Shown: positions 8,774 to 19,324 of the stretch, in pieces | Position numbering within the stretch: the first letter of the stretch is position 1 | Layout of the letters: each line of letters opens with the position of its first letter | From: Candidatus Harrisonbacteria bacterium | GTDB lineage: Bacteria > Patescibacteriota > Minisyncoccia > UBA6257 > 1-14-0-10-44-23 | Direction of reading: 5' to 3' | DNA: 64,000 nt | Assembly: GCA_023255625.1 (NCBI GenBank) | Contig: JAHFLF010000001.1 | Coordinates: 185,766-249,765 of the forward strand | The notes under the pieces: model-generated | Seen by the model: the letters and a program-made list of their open reading frames with translations, nothing else | What the model was told of the DNA's origin: nothing | Database searches by the model: none | Position numbers and translations under genes: made by a program

Positions 8774-8880
8774 GATGATTTAACTGGTTACTTAGTTAGC
8801 TGGTTAGTTTGTTAGTTAGCGGGTTCAGGTTTTTGGTTTTTACTAACTAACCAACTCACTAACTAACCAAGTAACTCCTA
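8771..8880. repeat. GTTAGTTRG micro-repeat hairpin (family R1)
   Basis: ggttacttagttagctggttagtttgttagttagcgggttcaggtttttggtttttactaactaaccaactcactaactaaccaagtaac. Long imperfect inverted repeat. Confidence 0.6.
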
Positions 8881-9096
8881 GAGCCGTCTCGTAATCCTGC
8901 CGCGCTCTTTATCGTATGGCGTAAATTCAATGAGCACCCGGTCCCCAAGGGTGATTTTGATGTGGTACATCTTCATCTTCCCCGAGAGATGGCCTAAGGC
9001 CAATGTGTTATCCGGTAATTTGACGCGAAACATGGCGCTCGGAAGGGCCTCTTGAACGATTCCCTCAACCGCGCGGACTGCTTTAGTATCTACCAT
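8878..9096 (-). CDS. infA: Translation initiation factor IF-1
   Basis: MVDTKAVRAVEGIVQEALPSAMFRVKLPDNTLALGHLSGKMKMYHIKITLGDRVLIEFTPYDKERGRITRRL has the S1-like IF-1 signature. Internal Met start at 9096 preferred over the ORF start at 9156. Confidence 0.85.
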   Translation of the reverse strand: MVDTKAVRAVEGIVQEALPSAMFRVKLPDNTLALGHLSGKMKMYHIKITLGDRVLIEFTPYDKERGRITRRL

Positions 9097-9238
9097 TGAT
9101 TGGGAAAGTATACTCGATGAGGAAAAATATGTCAACCAATCAGTAATCGCTAACACGCGAATACAGACAAATACACGAATAGAATCTTGGGTTCATTTGC
9201 GTATTAGTCTTGATTGGCATGTTCGCGATTACTGTTGA

Positions 9239-10948
9239 TTACTGAATTATCACGGCAATCTTATCTAAATCAGACGGCACGGTATGCACATAAAATGGCT
9301 TGAGCGTAACTTTGCCGCCGCTAATTCCTTCAATCGCAAACACGAGCGCATTGAGTTGTGTATCCGGTTGACCGGCCAGTTTCTGGGCGATGTCGACAGC
9401 AGAAACAATCCGCGACAGCGAGACATCGTACTTAATAGGAACTGACATTCGGCCGGAGCCAAGAGCAATCGTCTTTGGATTTAGGGTACCGTAAACTAGA
9501 GTATCGCTGTCTACCTTAAAATCTTTACCAATCGCGTTTTTTAAGCGCTGCGTCAGTAGTAGTCGTAAATCACTTTCTCGGAAAGCCAGAATGCTTAACT
9601 GTGCTTCAGTAACCACGCCGACAGTTCCGTCGCTAGCCGAGACCGATTCAACGACCTGCTTGAGTACCGTTACCTTGGTCGCGCCCGGCAAAACCTTAAA
9701 CTCCGCAGGCACGCTACCGGCTATTTTCTGCTGCAACTGCTCGGTAACAGTTTTTATCCCCTGTTCTTTCGCGGCAACAACATCTTTTTCAGTCGGCACA
9801 CTCGTCTCGCCAACAAACCCGCCGCTGGCGCCTTCTTTGAGCTCGCCGTAAAAACCATCATATTTGGGCGTTTTCAAAAATCCAGGAATCGTCAATTTGG
9901 CCGTCTGGCCCAAATTAGCTTCGGCGCCGGGTTTATCTGCAACTACGGGGACCGAAATTGTCGATGGTATAATCTTGCCATTTTCAATTTTTGCACCAGG
10001 AATAATTAACGGACTGGCAGTTCTAAAGATAATTCCCGCTGGAGTTACAAAACGAGTATTAGCAACAATGCTTTGCGGCTGCGAACTGTAACCGTTGTAA
10101 ACGGTTAAATTAGCCGTCGCCTTGATACTGACATATTTTTTACCGGTAGCCGGTACGCGTTTTGTAAAGCTATCTCGCACAACAAAAATCTGTCCCGGCG
10201 CACGGCTGCCAGATTCATCAATGCTCGTCAGGGCCTTATCAATGCCGATTGAACCATCGAAGCTCCAATTTTTTTTCTCGGTTACCACCGTTATCTCTGC
10301 GTGCGGTAAAACAGCGGCGGCCACATACGAGACGATTGCCAGTCCGACAATTATCGCGCCGGAAATTAAAAATAAAATTTTACGGCGGGAGCGCCGGTTT
10401 GGGCGGATTGGTTCACCTTGTGTCCGGCGCATAACATCGCTTTTAGTAGCTCTGGCCGGCGCGGCTTGAATGAAACTCACATCCGGCTCTGCACTATCCC
10501 CATCAGGAGTCAGCTCGTTCTCCGGTTCTGAATCACGCGAAACTCTCCGAGAAGCAGCCGGCTCTGCCCGACTCCGAGTCGCGCGACGCGGCCGCTCTTC
10601 ATTTTCTGGAACAACTTGGACGCGTACTGAACGACTCCGGCCGGCCCTCGGCTTCGCTGATTTTGTGCCAGTTGCCCCATCATCCCCAACCACCGCCTGC
10701 TCTATGATACCCAGGCCGGATCTGGCGGCGCGCTCGCGAATGCCAAGATCGGTAGTTTCAATAATGACCTCGCGTTTGAGAAGAGAGGCCTCGCGTTTAA
10801 GTAATTTAAAATTATTCAGCAGCTGGCCAAAAATTGCGCCGGGAGCAATCTCAAAAATAACCTGCTCGGACTCGGCGTCAATTAATTGCTCAACAACGAA
10901 GGCGACATCGTCGCTGCGTTTTACAGAAATATGAATTGGTTCAGCCAT
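9239..10948 (-). CDS. Hypothetical protein with Arg/Ser-rich disordered region, single TM anchor and large beta-rich extracytoplasmic domain
   Basis: 569 aa. RAGRSRSVRVQVVPENEERPRRATRSRAEP... is low complexity. ILFLISGAIIVGLAIVSYVAAAVL is a TM segment. No family recognised. Confidence 0.5.
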   Translation of the reverse strand: MAEPIHISVKRSDDVAFVVEQLIDAESEQVIFEIAPGAIFGQLLNNFKLLKREASLLKREVIIETTDLGIRERAARSGLGIIEQAVVGDDGATGTKSAKPRAGRSRSVRVQVVPENEERPRRATRSRAEPAASRRVSRDSEPENELTPDGDSAEPDVSFIQAAPARATKSDVMRRTQGEPIRPNRRSRRKILFLISGAIIVGLAIVSYVAAAVLPHAEITVVTEKKNWSFDGSIGIDKALTSIDESGSRAPGQIFVVRDSFTKRVPATGKKYVSIKATANLTVYNGYSSQPQSIVANTRFVTPAGIIFRTASPLIIPGAKIENGKIIPSTISVPVVADKPGAEANLGQTAKLTIPGFLKTPKYDGFYGELKEGASGGFVGETSVPTEKDVVAAKEQGIKTVTEQLQQKIAGSVPAEFKVLPGATKVTVLKQVVESVSASDGTVGVVTEAQLSILAFRESDLRLLLTQRLKNAIGKDFKVDSDTLVYGTLNPKTIALGSGRMSVPIKYDVSLSRIVSAVDIAQKLAGQPDTQLNALVFAIEGISGGKVTLKPFYVHTVPSDLDKIAVIIQ

Positions 10949-10969
10949 GTTAAAATTTTCGGCCCGGTC

Positions 10970-12112
10970 TTAGGAATGGACTACATCGTGCTGTGCGGCA
11001 ATCCAGCGAGCCCTTTGTCTGGCAGTTTTGCCAACCAATGACTCGTGTGAACCGGCGCAAACACGACGAACTAGAGCCAGCGCCGTATCGTATGACGGAA
11101 TCAAACCGCCGCGCGGCACGCTCCGATTATATTGTACCACAAGCCCGCGGGAGCCAGCCGGATTTTCGTCTGTCAGAATCGTATAATTTCCGGAAACGCC
11201 CAGCCGCTTCAATAATCGATCGTGATTAAGCAGCGCCGGCAGGGCGGTTACGCTATGCACGAAGACCGGCAAACCGCGCCGATTGCGATGCGCCTCTATT
11301 GTATGCATAAGCACAGAAAATTCTGCTTCAAGCGCCCGCTCTATCTGATTCGCAACTGCATCTGAACATTGCCCGGCGGCATACCGATCAATCAGCGCCG
11401 ATGCGACAGTAACCGGTAAACCAAAAGGTGCGACGACCCCGGCGAACATCCCACCGCTCCCCCACTGCACAGTATCGCGATAAGTGACGGCTCCGCCTAC
11501 GAGAGAATAGACTATAGTTTGCCGCTCACCGATCTCTAGAAACAACGCCTCGTCTTTGACTAAAGCCGCGGCGTATCCGGCCCAAAAACCGGTTCGCTCC
11601 GTCACAGACATTATTTTATCTGCAGAAAGCAGATTTAAAATTTCCTGCCACGGCTCGCTGCGAATAAAGGTTGCCCGCAAAAGACAATCAACAACATGGG
11701 AACGAAAACCAACCGGACTAATAACTCGGTGTCCATCTAGTTTAAGCTGCGCGACATCTATATCTGCTAGCCGGAGCTGCAATTCATTTACGCCGAGTAA
11801 TTTTGCGGCTAAACTGCGATCGCGCTGAAAAAGTTTCCAAACTCCGTGCCGCACTATATTTTCCAGTTCAGAAACTGTAATTTCCGCATTCCAGTCCGGC
11901 CTTGTCAGCGCAACACTCTGCTGGATAAGCACCGCATCCTTTGTATCAAATACAAGAATATATTGAGCATCTTCCAGAATGGTCTTGGCGGATAAAAATT
12001 GCTCAAGATCTCTGGCAAACCCACCGCCGGTTTCTGCGCTGCGTGTCATTTGGTTTTGTTTATCAACGGAGATAATTCCGTCAGCGCGGACGCTGATAAT
12101 CACATAGCGCAT
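10970..12112 (-). CDS. Hypothetical protein (possibly actin-like ATPase fold, PilM/FtsA-like); function unknown
   Basis: ORF 10970..12208. Internal Met (MRYVIISVRADGIISVDKQ) at 12112 preferred. Fold assignment is weak. Confidence 0.4.
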   Translation of the reverse strand: MRYVIISVRADGIISVDKQNQMTRSAETGGGFARDLEQFLSAKTILEDAQYILVFDTKDAVLIQQSVALTRPDWNAEITVSELENIVRHGVWKLFQRDRSLAAKLLGVNELQLRLADIDVAQLKLDGHRVISPVGFRSHVVDCLLRATFIRSEPWQEILNLLSADKIMSVTERTGFWAGYAAALVKDEALFLEIGERQTIVYSLVGGAVTYRDTVQWGSGGMFAGVVAPFGLPVTVASALIDRYAAGQCSDAVANQIERALEAEFSVLMHTIEAHRNRRGLPVFVHSVTALPALLNHDRLLKRLGVSGNYTILTDENPAGSRGLVVQYNRSVPRGGLIPSYDTALALVRRVCAGSHESLVGKTARQRARWIAAQHDVVHS

Positions 12113-12193
12113 GAAATTTGCATAAAACTCAAATACGACGAATCGCTGGCTCGAACCGGCGCTTGGCGCTTGTTTTTCGCAGGTTTCTTTCAT

Positions 12194-14227
12194 ATGATTA
12201 GTGTACATCAGTTCTTAATTAACAACGCCAAAATTCTCATGCTTGTAAAAATATCCAGAATTTTCATCTATGCCGCGCTCGTCACGCCTATCTTTTTAAA
12301 TCGCTCCCTTTTTTTCCCGTTCATTTCCGGAAAACAAATATTTTTCCGAGTTTGCGTTGAAGCGGCGCTTGGTTTTTTTCTTTTACATCTGGCTGTCATA
12401 CTTTTTAACCGCAACTCAACCCGCATCAAAACAACGCTGGCCGGACTCAAGCATCATCTGAGCCACCCGATTATAATTTGTCTGGCCATCTTTGCGTTCG
12501 GTTTTGTTATCTCTACCCTCTTCAGTCAAAGTCCGACTGCAGCGTTTTGGTCAAACTACGAACGCGGAGACGGCGCCTTCCAAATTCTCCATTATGTCCT
12601 CTTCGCCATCTTAATAAAAATCCTTTTCACCGAGGAGCGGTTGCTGGCACGGTTAATAATCACAAATATCGTAGTGAGTATTCCGGTTTGTTTTTATGCG
12701 CTAGCTCAAATGCTGGCTGATCCAAGTAACACCACTATCCTTTCCGCAGGCAGCCGAGTTTCCGGAACGCTTGGCAACCCCTCTTATTTGGCTGGCTATT
12801 TAATTTTTAACATATGTTTCATGGTCTACTTTCTGCTTCGCAGCAAAGATACTTTGGTACAAATAGGCCTTGGCTTATTAACCGCGTTGCAAATCTTTCT
12901 GATTATTAAAGCGCAGACGATTGGAGCGGCGCTGGGTATTTTTATCGGACTCGTAGTTTTTGCTATCCATCTAGCATTAACCACCAAAGATAAACGGATT
13001 AAGAAAATCGGCCTGTATGTTGGCGGCGCAGCCGTGGCCTTTACTCTAATTTTCTTTGCGACCAGGAGCGCTCCTTTCTGGCAGAAAGTCCCACTATTTG
13101 AACGCATTACAAATATCAGCCAGGCCTATGAGAATTTAAAACCGCGGCTCTGGGCCTGGAATAGTGCGGTATCCGGTTTTAAAGAAAAACCAATTATAGG
13201 ATGGGGTCTGGAAAACTTCCCTTATGCTTTTGATAAATATTACGATGCCCGTCATTTCGGCCGTGAATCATTCTTTGATCGCACGCACAATTTATTCCTG
13301 GAGTATCTGATTGGCGGCGGACTGCTCTCCTTTATACCTTGGCTGTTAGTCTTTTTCTTCTATTACCGAGGGTTGCGTAAACGGCCGACTTCAATTTGGA
13401 AAAGTATTCTCGTTGCCATGCCGGCTATTTATCTAGTGCAGGGATTCGTTTTATTTGATGTCTTGAGTATCTATCTTCCGCTTTTCCTGCTGCTCATTTT
13501 TGTCGTGAGCACAAATGATCCGCAAAAACACGAACCCCAAATTACCGGCAGAGAAAACCTAAAATTTTCGGGCTTGAATTATCTATCGACAGGACTTATC
13601 TCCATAGCAATTCTGACACTGATATATACCACAAGCTATCTGCCGCTACGCCGCAACCAGCTAATTATAACGGCGCTCGGCGGGGCGGCAGGTTTAATGA
13701 ACGAGGTCTCGAACCGAAATGACGGCAAGCTCACCAAAACCCCAGCAGAGGTTATCGAACTTTTCCATAACGCGATTGACTACCGTTCTCCGGTCGGCAG
13801 GAGTGAGGCGATTGAAATGTATCAAAAATTCGTCCTGGATCTGCTTACTGCCGTAAGCCAAATTCCGGATATAACCAAAAATGAAAACGCGAAGCGCGAC
13901 ACGGAAATGATTTTGGCCGATGTTAACGATTATGTTGATCAAAATGAAAATCTAACTCCCGGCGTTAAAACCCTTTTCATTAATGCCGGCTTGAATATCA
14001 AAATGGGCGTGCTCTTCAAAATGCCGAAAAACATAGAACGCGGCCGAAAAATTAGCGAGGAAAAATTAGCGATAGCACCGAATCGAATAGAGCTAATTAA
14101 TCTGCTTATACAGCTCGCCCAAGATACAAATGATAAAGTACTGCTGTCGAAATGGGCGCCGATTGCCGTATCGCTACGACCGGATTTGTACAAGATTACA
14201 CCGGCAACTACGACCAGTATTCGCTAG
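12194..14227 (+). CDS. O-antigen ligase/polymerase-like (Wzy_C-type) polytopic membrane protein with C-terminal soluble domain
   Basis: Start MISVHQFLINN at 12194 within ORF 11999..14227. About 10-12 hydrophobic helices, then a roughly 230-aa hydrophilic tail. Typical architecture of O-antigen ligase family proteins. Confidence 0.5.
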   Translation: MISVHQFLINNAKILMLVKISRIFIYAALVTPIFLNRSLFFPFISGKQIFFRVCVEAALGFFLLHLAVILFNRNSTRIKTTLAGLKHHLSHPIIICLAIFAFGFVISTLFSQSPTAAFWSNYERGDGAFQILHYVLFAILIKILFTEERLLARLIITNIVVSIPVCFYALAQMLADPSNTTILSAGSRVSGTLGNPSYLAGYLIFNICFMVYFLLRSKDTLVQIGLGLLTALQIFLIIKAQTIGAALGIFIGLVVFAIHLALTTKDKRIKKIGLYVGGAAVAFTLIFFATRSAPFWQKVPLFERITNISQAYENLKPRLWAWNSAVSGFKEKPIIGWGLENFPYAFDKYYDARHFGRESFFDRTHNLFLEYLIGGGLLSFIPWLLVFFFYYRGLRKRPTSIWKSILVAMPAIYLVQGFVLFDVLSIYLPLFLLLIFVVSTNDPQKHEPQITGRENLKFSGLNYLSTGLISIAILTLIYTTSYLPLRRNQLIITALGGAAGLMNEVSNRNDGKLTKTPAEVIELFHNAIDYRSPVGRSEAIEMYQKFVLDLLTAVSQIPDITKNENAKRDTEMILADVNDYVDQNENLTPGVKTLFINAGLNIKMGVLFKMPKNIERGRKISEEKLAIAPNRIELINLLIQLAQDTNDKVLLSKWAPIAVSLRPDLYKITPATTTSIR

Positions 14228-15006
14228 AGAATCCATCTGGTTAGTGAGCCGAGTAGGACGACAGATATAACCAAAATAAAAAATGAGTAACGCAGGAAAC
14301 GGCTGCGCAATGTCCCAAACAAGTATTGTTCGGTGATAGCCGTCGAAATAACCGTCAGTAAGGCAAGCGCTGCCGCCGTATAACCGATTGAAATTGGCAA
14401 AAGTCGCAGCACCCAGGCGATCTCGACAAACTGAATAGCAGTAATCCCGGCGGCAAATCTGATCAAGCGCAGGTCTTTTTGTCCGTGCGTAGTAAAATAC
14501 TCATGCGTAAGACCGTATAAAAAAAATGCGCCGATAATCGTCGCTCGGATCGGGTGCAAACCCGATTGTCCGGTGATAAATAATAAACTTGTTCCCCAAA
14601 CTAGTCCGGCGTGCAAAACCTGATACAACCGAAAATTACTTTTGAAAATCTTAGCCGCAACGCAGATATATAAATAGCAGAGAACGGTAAAAATAATCGC
14701 AAATAAATGCTCCGGCAAAACATGGTAAGGCGCCCATTGCGGAGTTATTAGTGTAAACCGCGAGGGCATAAGCAGCGCCAAACCGCAAAGCGTCACCCAG
14801 CCAATCAGCCCGGTAAATTTTCGCTGCACCGGTGTCACATAAATTATAAATGCCCAAACCAAAAAAATCAGTATTGAAAAACTTGAATACTCTGCTCGTT
14901 GCACATTCAGAATCAATAAACCAAAAACAACCGCCTTCAGCCCGGCGCGTACAGAGGGTTGGTTCAAAAAATTTCGTAATGTTTCCAAATATGACTTGGT
15001 TAGCAT
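14224..15006 (-). CDS. Hypothetical integral membrane protein (about 8 TM)
   Basis: 260 aa, hydrophobic throughout. No family recognised. Confidence 0.5.
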   Translation of the reverse strand: MLTKSYLETLRNFLNQPSVRAGLKAVVFGLLILNVQRAEYSSFSILIFLVWAFIIYVTPVQRKFTGLIGWVTLCGLALLMPSRFTLITPQWAPYHVLPEHLFAIIFTVLCYLYICVAAKIFKSNFRLYQVLHAGLVWGTSLLFITGQSGLHPIRATIIGAFFLYGLTHEYFTTHGQKDLRLIRFAAGITAIQFVEIAWVLRLLPISIGYTAAALALLTVISTAITEQYLFGTLRSRFLRYSFFILVISVVLLGSLTRWIL

Positions 15007-15078
15007 AAGAATTTAGAGCTTGTTAGCAAACAAGCTCTATTCTGCCACAGCATTCGAATGCTGCCAATGCGAAACGAG

Positions 15079-15146
15079 AAAAAGGTGGCTGTGTAATTTT
15101 TCGGCAAACGGGGTTCTATTGCCGAAAAATTACACAGCCACCTTTT
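15079..15146 (-). terminator. Intrinsic terminator (27-bp perfect stem hairpin with flanking T/A runs) downstream of clpB; potentially bidirectional
   Basis: aaaaggtggctgtgtaatttttcggcaa-acggggttctat-tgccgaaaaattacacagccacctttt. U-run follows on the minus strand (ttttctcgtttcg). Confidence 0.75.
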
Positions 15147-15172
15147 ATTCTTCTAAAAAATAGTTCGCGATA

Positions 15173-17887
15173 CTACGCGACTGAAATCACCGGGCGCTCA
15201 TTAGTAAACCCAATTTTCACTTTATCTCCATCTTTAATCTGGCCGCGGATTATTTTGTCTGCCATTGCGTCTAAAATCGTCTTTTGAATCAGCCGGGCAA
15301 TCGGCCGTGCGCCAAAATCCGGATCAAATCCGTGCTCAACGATGTACGCCCGGGCGCTGGCATCAATCGTTACAATGATATTGCGCTTGGCGAGCTTCTC
15401 CCGAATCTCGCCGAGCTGAATATCCACAATCCGCTCAATATCCTCACGGCGCAAACCGTTAAAGATGATAATCTCATCAATTCGATTTAGAAACTCCGGC
15501 TTAAAGTTTCCTTTGAGGGATTCCTTCACGCGATCCTTAAAACTATCCTCCTGCCGGTCTATCTCTTTCTTTGTGTTATTGCCGAAACCAAGAGTAGCCA
15601 TCTCTTTGAAATAATGGCTCCCGACATTGCTGGTCAGAATGATAATCGTGTTTTTGAAATTAACGGTTTTGCCGTGCGCGTCGGTCAGCCGCCCGTTATC
15701 CAAAATTTGCAGCAAAATATTAAACACCTCTGGGTGCGCTTTTTCAATCTCGTCAAAAAGAATCAAGCTGTACGGCCGATGCCGAATAGTTTCGGTCAGT
15801 TGCCCGCCCTCCTCAAACCCAACATAGCCGGGCGGAGAGCCGATCAGACGGCTGACGGCATGCTTTTCCATGTACTCGCTCATGTCCACGCGGACAATCG
15901 CCTTCTCGTCATTAAACATCAGCTGGGCTAGCGATCGAGCCAGTTCGGTCTTGCCAACTCCAGTTGGCCCTAGAAACATAAATGAACCGAGCGGCCGATC
16001 CTCGTGAGAAAGTCCGGCACGAGCCCGGCGCAGAGCACCGGCGACAGAGCCAACCGCCTGATCCTGGCCAATCACGCGCTGGTGCAGCACCTCCTCGAGC
16101 TTGAGCATTTTGTCGGTCTCGGTTTCCAGCATTTTGGTAATGGGAATGCCGGTCCAACGAGCCACAACTGCGGCAATATCCTCTTCATCAACAACCTCTT
16201 TGACAAAGGTCTCGCCGCTGGCTCGTTTCTTTTTCTTGGCCTCGCCGTCCTCGCTAAAATGCTTGCCTTCAAATGCTTTATACTCTTTCTCGGCCTGCGG
16301 CAATTCGCCATATAAAATCTGCGCGACTCTTTCCAGGTTGCCCTCGCGCTCTACCTTTTCAGCTTCTTTTTTCAGTTGATCAATCCGTTTTCGCAGATTG
16401 TGAAAATTTTCCAAAGTCATCGTCTCGCCATGCCAGGCGGCAGAGAGCTCATCATTTTTCTTTTTAAGTTCTGTTAGCTTATCTTCAATTTCTTTGAGTC
16501 GTTTTTCGCTATCGGAAATCACGCTCGCTGTCTTACTACGCCGACTGGTGGATGCGGCAGTTTTTTTAACCGGCACAACTTCGTTTTGCAATGCCTTTTT
16601 TTCAATTTCCAAACGAGTAATTTCGCGGCGGATCTTTTCGATCGCCGCCGGGGTGCTTTCAGTCTCCATTTTCAGCGCCGCCGCCGCCTCATCAATCAAA
16701 TCCACCGCCTTATCCGGCAAAAAACGATCAGTGATATAACGCGTGGAAAGATTAACCGCGGCGACAATCGCCCGGTCGCTAATCCGCAGCCCGTGATGAA
16801 TCTCGTATTTTTCTTTGAGCCCACGCAAAATTGAAATCGAATCTTCAATCGATGGCTCCTCCACCATAATCGGGGCAAAGCGCCTCTCTAGCGCCGGATC
16901 TTTTTCAATATGCCGCTGATACTCACGGGTGGTCGTGGCTCCGATCGCGTGCAGCTCGCCGCGAGCCAGAGCCGGCTTAAGCAAATTCGAGGCATCGATA
17001 GCACCTTCCGCCGCGCCGGCCCCGACGATCATGTGAATCTCATCGATAAATAAAATAATCCGACCAGAGGAATTTTGCAGCTCTTTTATAAAGGCCTTGA
17101 GCCGATCTTCAAATTCGCCGCGGAATTTAGTCCCGGCAATCAAACTACCCAAGTCCAGCGCCACCACCTCTTTCCCTTTGAGTGTCTCGGGAACTTCTCC
17201 GGAAATTATTTTTTGTGCGAGTCCCTCAACAATCGCCGTTTTCCCAACGCCCGGCTCACCGATTAAAACCGGATTATTTTTTGTCCGGCGAGAAAGCACC
17301 TGGATCACGCGGCGCAGCTCCTCTTCGCGACCGATAACCGGATCAAGCTTGCCCTCGCGCGCCTTATTAGTCAGATTCACCGCATATTTTTCCAAAACCT
17401 GAAATTTGCTCTCTGGAGTTTCATCAGTAACTCTGGTGCTGCCTCGCAGCTGCGCTAAAATTTTTACCAGCGCTTCGCGGCGGGCTCCAGCCCGCTCTAA
17501 AATTGCCCTAGCCGTCGAATCAACCTCGAGCATGGCCAGTAAAAGGTGCTCGCAGGAAATAAAATCATCCTTTTGTCCGGCGGCAATCTTAGCCGCTCTT
17601 TCTAATAGAGCCATCAGTTCCTGGGAAAGATATAACTGGCCGACACCGCCGCCAAAAATTTTCGGCATCTCCTGAAGCATCTTGCGCGCCTCTTCATCAA
17701 TAGGAGCCACCTGAACGCCGCTCTTCTCTAACATCGGCACAACTAAAGATTGCTGGTCATTAATTAAAGATGAAAGCAAATGCACGGCCTTAAACTCGCC
17801 ATGGTTATAGCTCGCGGCTAACTCCTGCGCGTTCTGAAGCGCCTCCTGGGCCTTGACTGTGAAACGGTTGAAATTTTTGTTGTTCAT
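15173..17887 (-). CDS. clpB: ATP-dependent chaperone ClpB (two AAA+ modules plus long coiled-coil M domain)
   Basis: 904 aa. Two Walker A motifs ([30 protein letters not shown]), Clp N-domain repeats, and a long coiled-coil between the NBDs. Confidence 0.9.
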   Translation of the reverse strand: MNNKNFNRFTVKAQEALQNAQELAASYNHGEFKAVHLLSSLINDQQSLVVPMLEKSGVQVAPIDEEARKMLQEMPKIFGGGVGQLYLSQELMALLERAAKIAAGQKDDFISCEHLLLAMLEVDSTARAILERAGARREALVKILAQLRGSTRVTDETPESKFQVLEKYAVNLTNKAREGKLDPVIGREEELRRVIQVLSRRTKNNPVLIGEPGVGKTAIVEGLAQKIISGEVPETLKGKEVVALDLGSLIAGTKFRGEFEDRLKAFIKELQNSSGRIILFIDEIHMIVGAGAAEGAIDASNLLKPALARGELHAIGATTTREYQRHIEKDPALERRFAPIMVEEPSIEDSISILRGLKEKYEIHHGLRISDRAIVAAVNLSTRYITDRFLPDKAVDLIDEAAAALKMETESTPAAIEKIRREITRLEIEKKALQNEVVPVKKTAASTSRRSKTASVISDSEKRLKEIEDKLTELKKKNDELSAAWHGETMTLENFHNLRKRIDQLKKEAEKVEREGNLERVAQILYGELPQAEKEYKAFEGKHFSEDGEAKKKKRASGETFVKEVVDEEDIAAVVARWTGIPITKMLETETDKMLKLEEVLHQRVIGQDQAVGSVAGALRRARAGLSHEDRPLGSFMFLGPTGVGKTELARSLAQLMFNDEKAIVRVDMSEYMEKHAVSRLIGSPPGYVGFEEGGQLTETIRHRPYSLILFDEIEKAHPEVFNILLQILDNGRLTDAHGKTVNFKNTIIILTSNVGSHYFKEMATLGFGNNTKKEIDRQEDSFKDRVKESLKGNFKPEFLNRIDEIIIFNGLRREDIERIVDIQLGEIREKLAKRNIIVTIDASARAYIVEHGFDPDFGARPIARLIQKTILDAMADKIIRGQIKDGDKVKIGFTNERPVISVA

Positions 17888-17980
17888 AGAGTAATCGCTA
17901 ATATTCTAATAGCTAATAACGCTAATAAAAACTAAAGCGAATTCGCATTATTCGATATTCGCATATTAGCGAACACTCGG

Positions 17981-18008
17981 ATTATAGCAGATAAAATTGC
18001 TAATTCAA
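17981..18008 (-). promoter_or_regulatory. Sigma70-type promoter for clpB (TTGAAT-16-TATAAT on minus strand)
   Basis: Minus-strand reading: TTGAATtagcaattttatctgcTATAAT. A ~90-nt 5'UTR follows, containing GCTAAT/ATTAGC and ATTCGCAT dyads. Confidence 0.45.
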
Positions 18009-18023
18009 GCTACAAAAATTTGA

Positions 18024-19232
18024 CTACTTCCTCTCCGTAAGCGTTACGGGAATTTCCATCTCCTTCTCACCCCGTAAAATCTTTAAAGTGACAGTATCGC
18101 CAACACTGGCGCGTTGGATCAACGAGATAAGCGAATGGTCTTTATCAATCTCCACGCCATTGATAGCGGTAATTACATCTTCTGCTTGTATGCCGGCATT
18201 CGCCGCCGCTGAACCTGCGGCCACGGCTGGCCCATCCTCACCGCCGCGCACAAGCGCTCCCTCATTAACCTTGATACCGTCGCGCTTGGCAATCTCCTCG
18301 TTCAATAAAATGTAACGAACGCCTAAAAATGGTGCTGCGATCTTGCCGGTTTTCTTTACAGAATTAATATCGCGCTTAGCATTATTGATCGGTAGAGCAA
18401 ATCCAATACTATTTGCGCCGGAAACAACCGCCGTATTGATACCAATCACCTCGCCCTTCAAATTAATCAACGGGCCACCAGAGTTGCCCGGATTAATTGC
18501 CGCATCGGTTTGAATAACCCCTTCCAGCGTCTCCGTGTCAGAGCCGCGCGTCGAGGCAGTTATCGTCCTGGCCAGCCCCGAAACGATGCCGACTGAAACT
18601 GTATTGCGGAATTCGCCGAGCGAATTACCGATGGCAATCGCCGTCTGGCCTAGCCGGATCCCGTCTGAATCAGCCAGCGCCAACACCGGAAAATTTTTCC
18701 CTTCAATTTTTATTACTGCCAAATCCTGTACCGGATCACGCGCCAAAACCTTGGCGGTATATTTCTTGCCGTCATTAGTAAAAACTGTATAACTGGCCTC
18801 AATATCGGCGACGACATGTTTATTTGTAAGAATCAGTCCGTCTGCAGAAACTATGAAACCACTGCCGCCGCCAATATCCTGCATCCGCGTCCCTTTTTGG
18901 CAGGGCTGGCTGAATTGCATTCCGCCACCAAAAAAATCCTGGAATTCCGGCGGTAAATTACCGAACGGATTTGTCGGGCAATTTTCCAGAATCGGCACAT
19001 TTTTACTCACAGTAATCGAAACAATGGCCGGTGAAACCCGATCAACCGCATCGATAATCGCAGTTTCGTATCCTACGGCTGACTGATACTTAGCCGGCCC
19101 ACTTTGAATTGTGGCTGGAGTGGAGGTGGCGTTGTTACTCAAATTTCCTGGCAGAAAAGCGGCGATAGCAAATATAATAATGATCACAGCCCCGCCACTA
19201 ATATATAGAAGATATTTTTTAGGTATATTCAT
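18024..19232 (-). CDS. htrA: HtrA/DegP-family trypsin-like serine protease with C-terminal PDZ domain
   Basis: N-terminal TM, GSGFIVSADGLILTNKHVV, GNSGGPLINLKGEVIGINTAV catalytic-triad motifs, PDZ-like C-terminus. Confidence 0.85.
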   Translation of the reverse strand: MNIPKKYLLYISGGAVIIIIFAIAAFLPGNLSNNATSTPATIQSGPAKYQSAVGYETAIIDAVDRVSPAIVSITVSKNVPILENCPTNPFGNLPPEFQDFFGGGMQFSQPCQKGTRMQDIGGGSGFIVSADGLILTNKHVVADIEASYTVFTNDGKKYTAKVLARDPVQDLAVIKIEGKNFPVLALADSDGIRLGQTAIAIGNSLGEFRNTVSVGIVSGLARTITASTRGSDTETLEGVIQTDAAINPGNSGGPLINLKGEVIGINTAVVSGANSIGFALPINNAKRDINSVKKTGKIAAPFLGVRYILLNEEIAKRDGIKVNEGALVRGGEDGPAVAAGSAAANAGIQAEDVITAINGVEIDKDHSLISLIQRASVGDTVTLKILRGEKEMEIPVTLTERK

Positions 19233-19246
19233 AATGAAAAATCTCG

Positions 19247-19318
19247 GCGGCGGGCATTTTGGTTTTTGCAGCCATCCCGTAGGGTGGGCCCGGCTGCAAA
19301 AACCAAAATGCCCGCCGC
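19247..19318. repeat. Long perfect hairpin, family R4 copy A (27-bp stem, conserved 18-nt loop)
   Basis: gcggcgggcattttggtttttgcagcc-atcccgtagggtgggccc-ggctgcaaaaaccaaaatgcccgccgc. Directly 3' of the cysteine desulfurase gene. Confidence 0.8.
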
Positions 19319-19324
19319 ATCGTA

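Noticed and set aside
10249-10934. Plus-strand ORFs (Arg/Ser-rich) antisense to the 9239..10948 gene
   Set aside because: Low-complexity translation of the complementary strand of an Arg-rich coding region. No start context.
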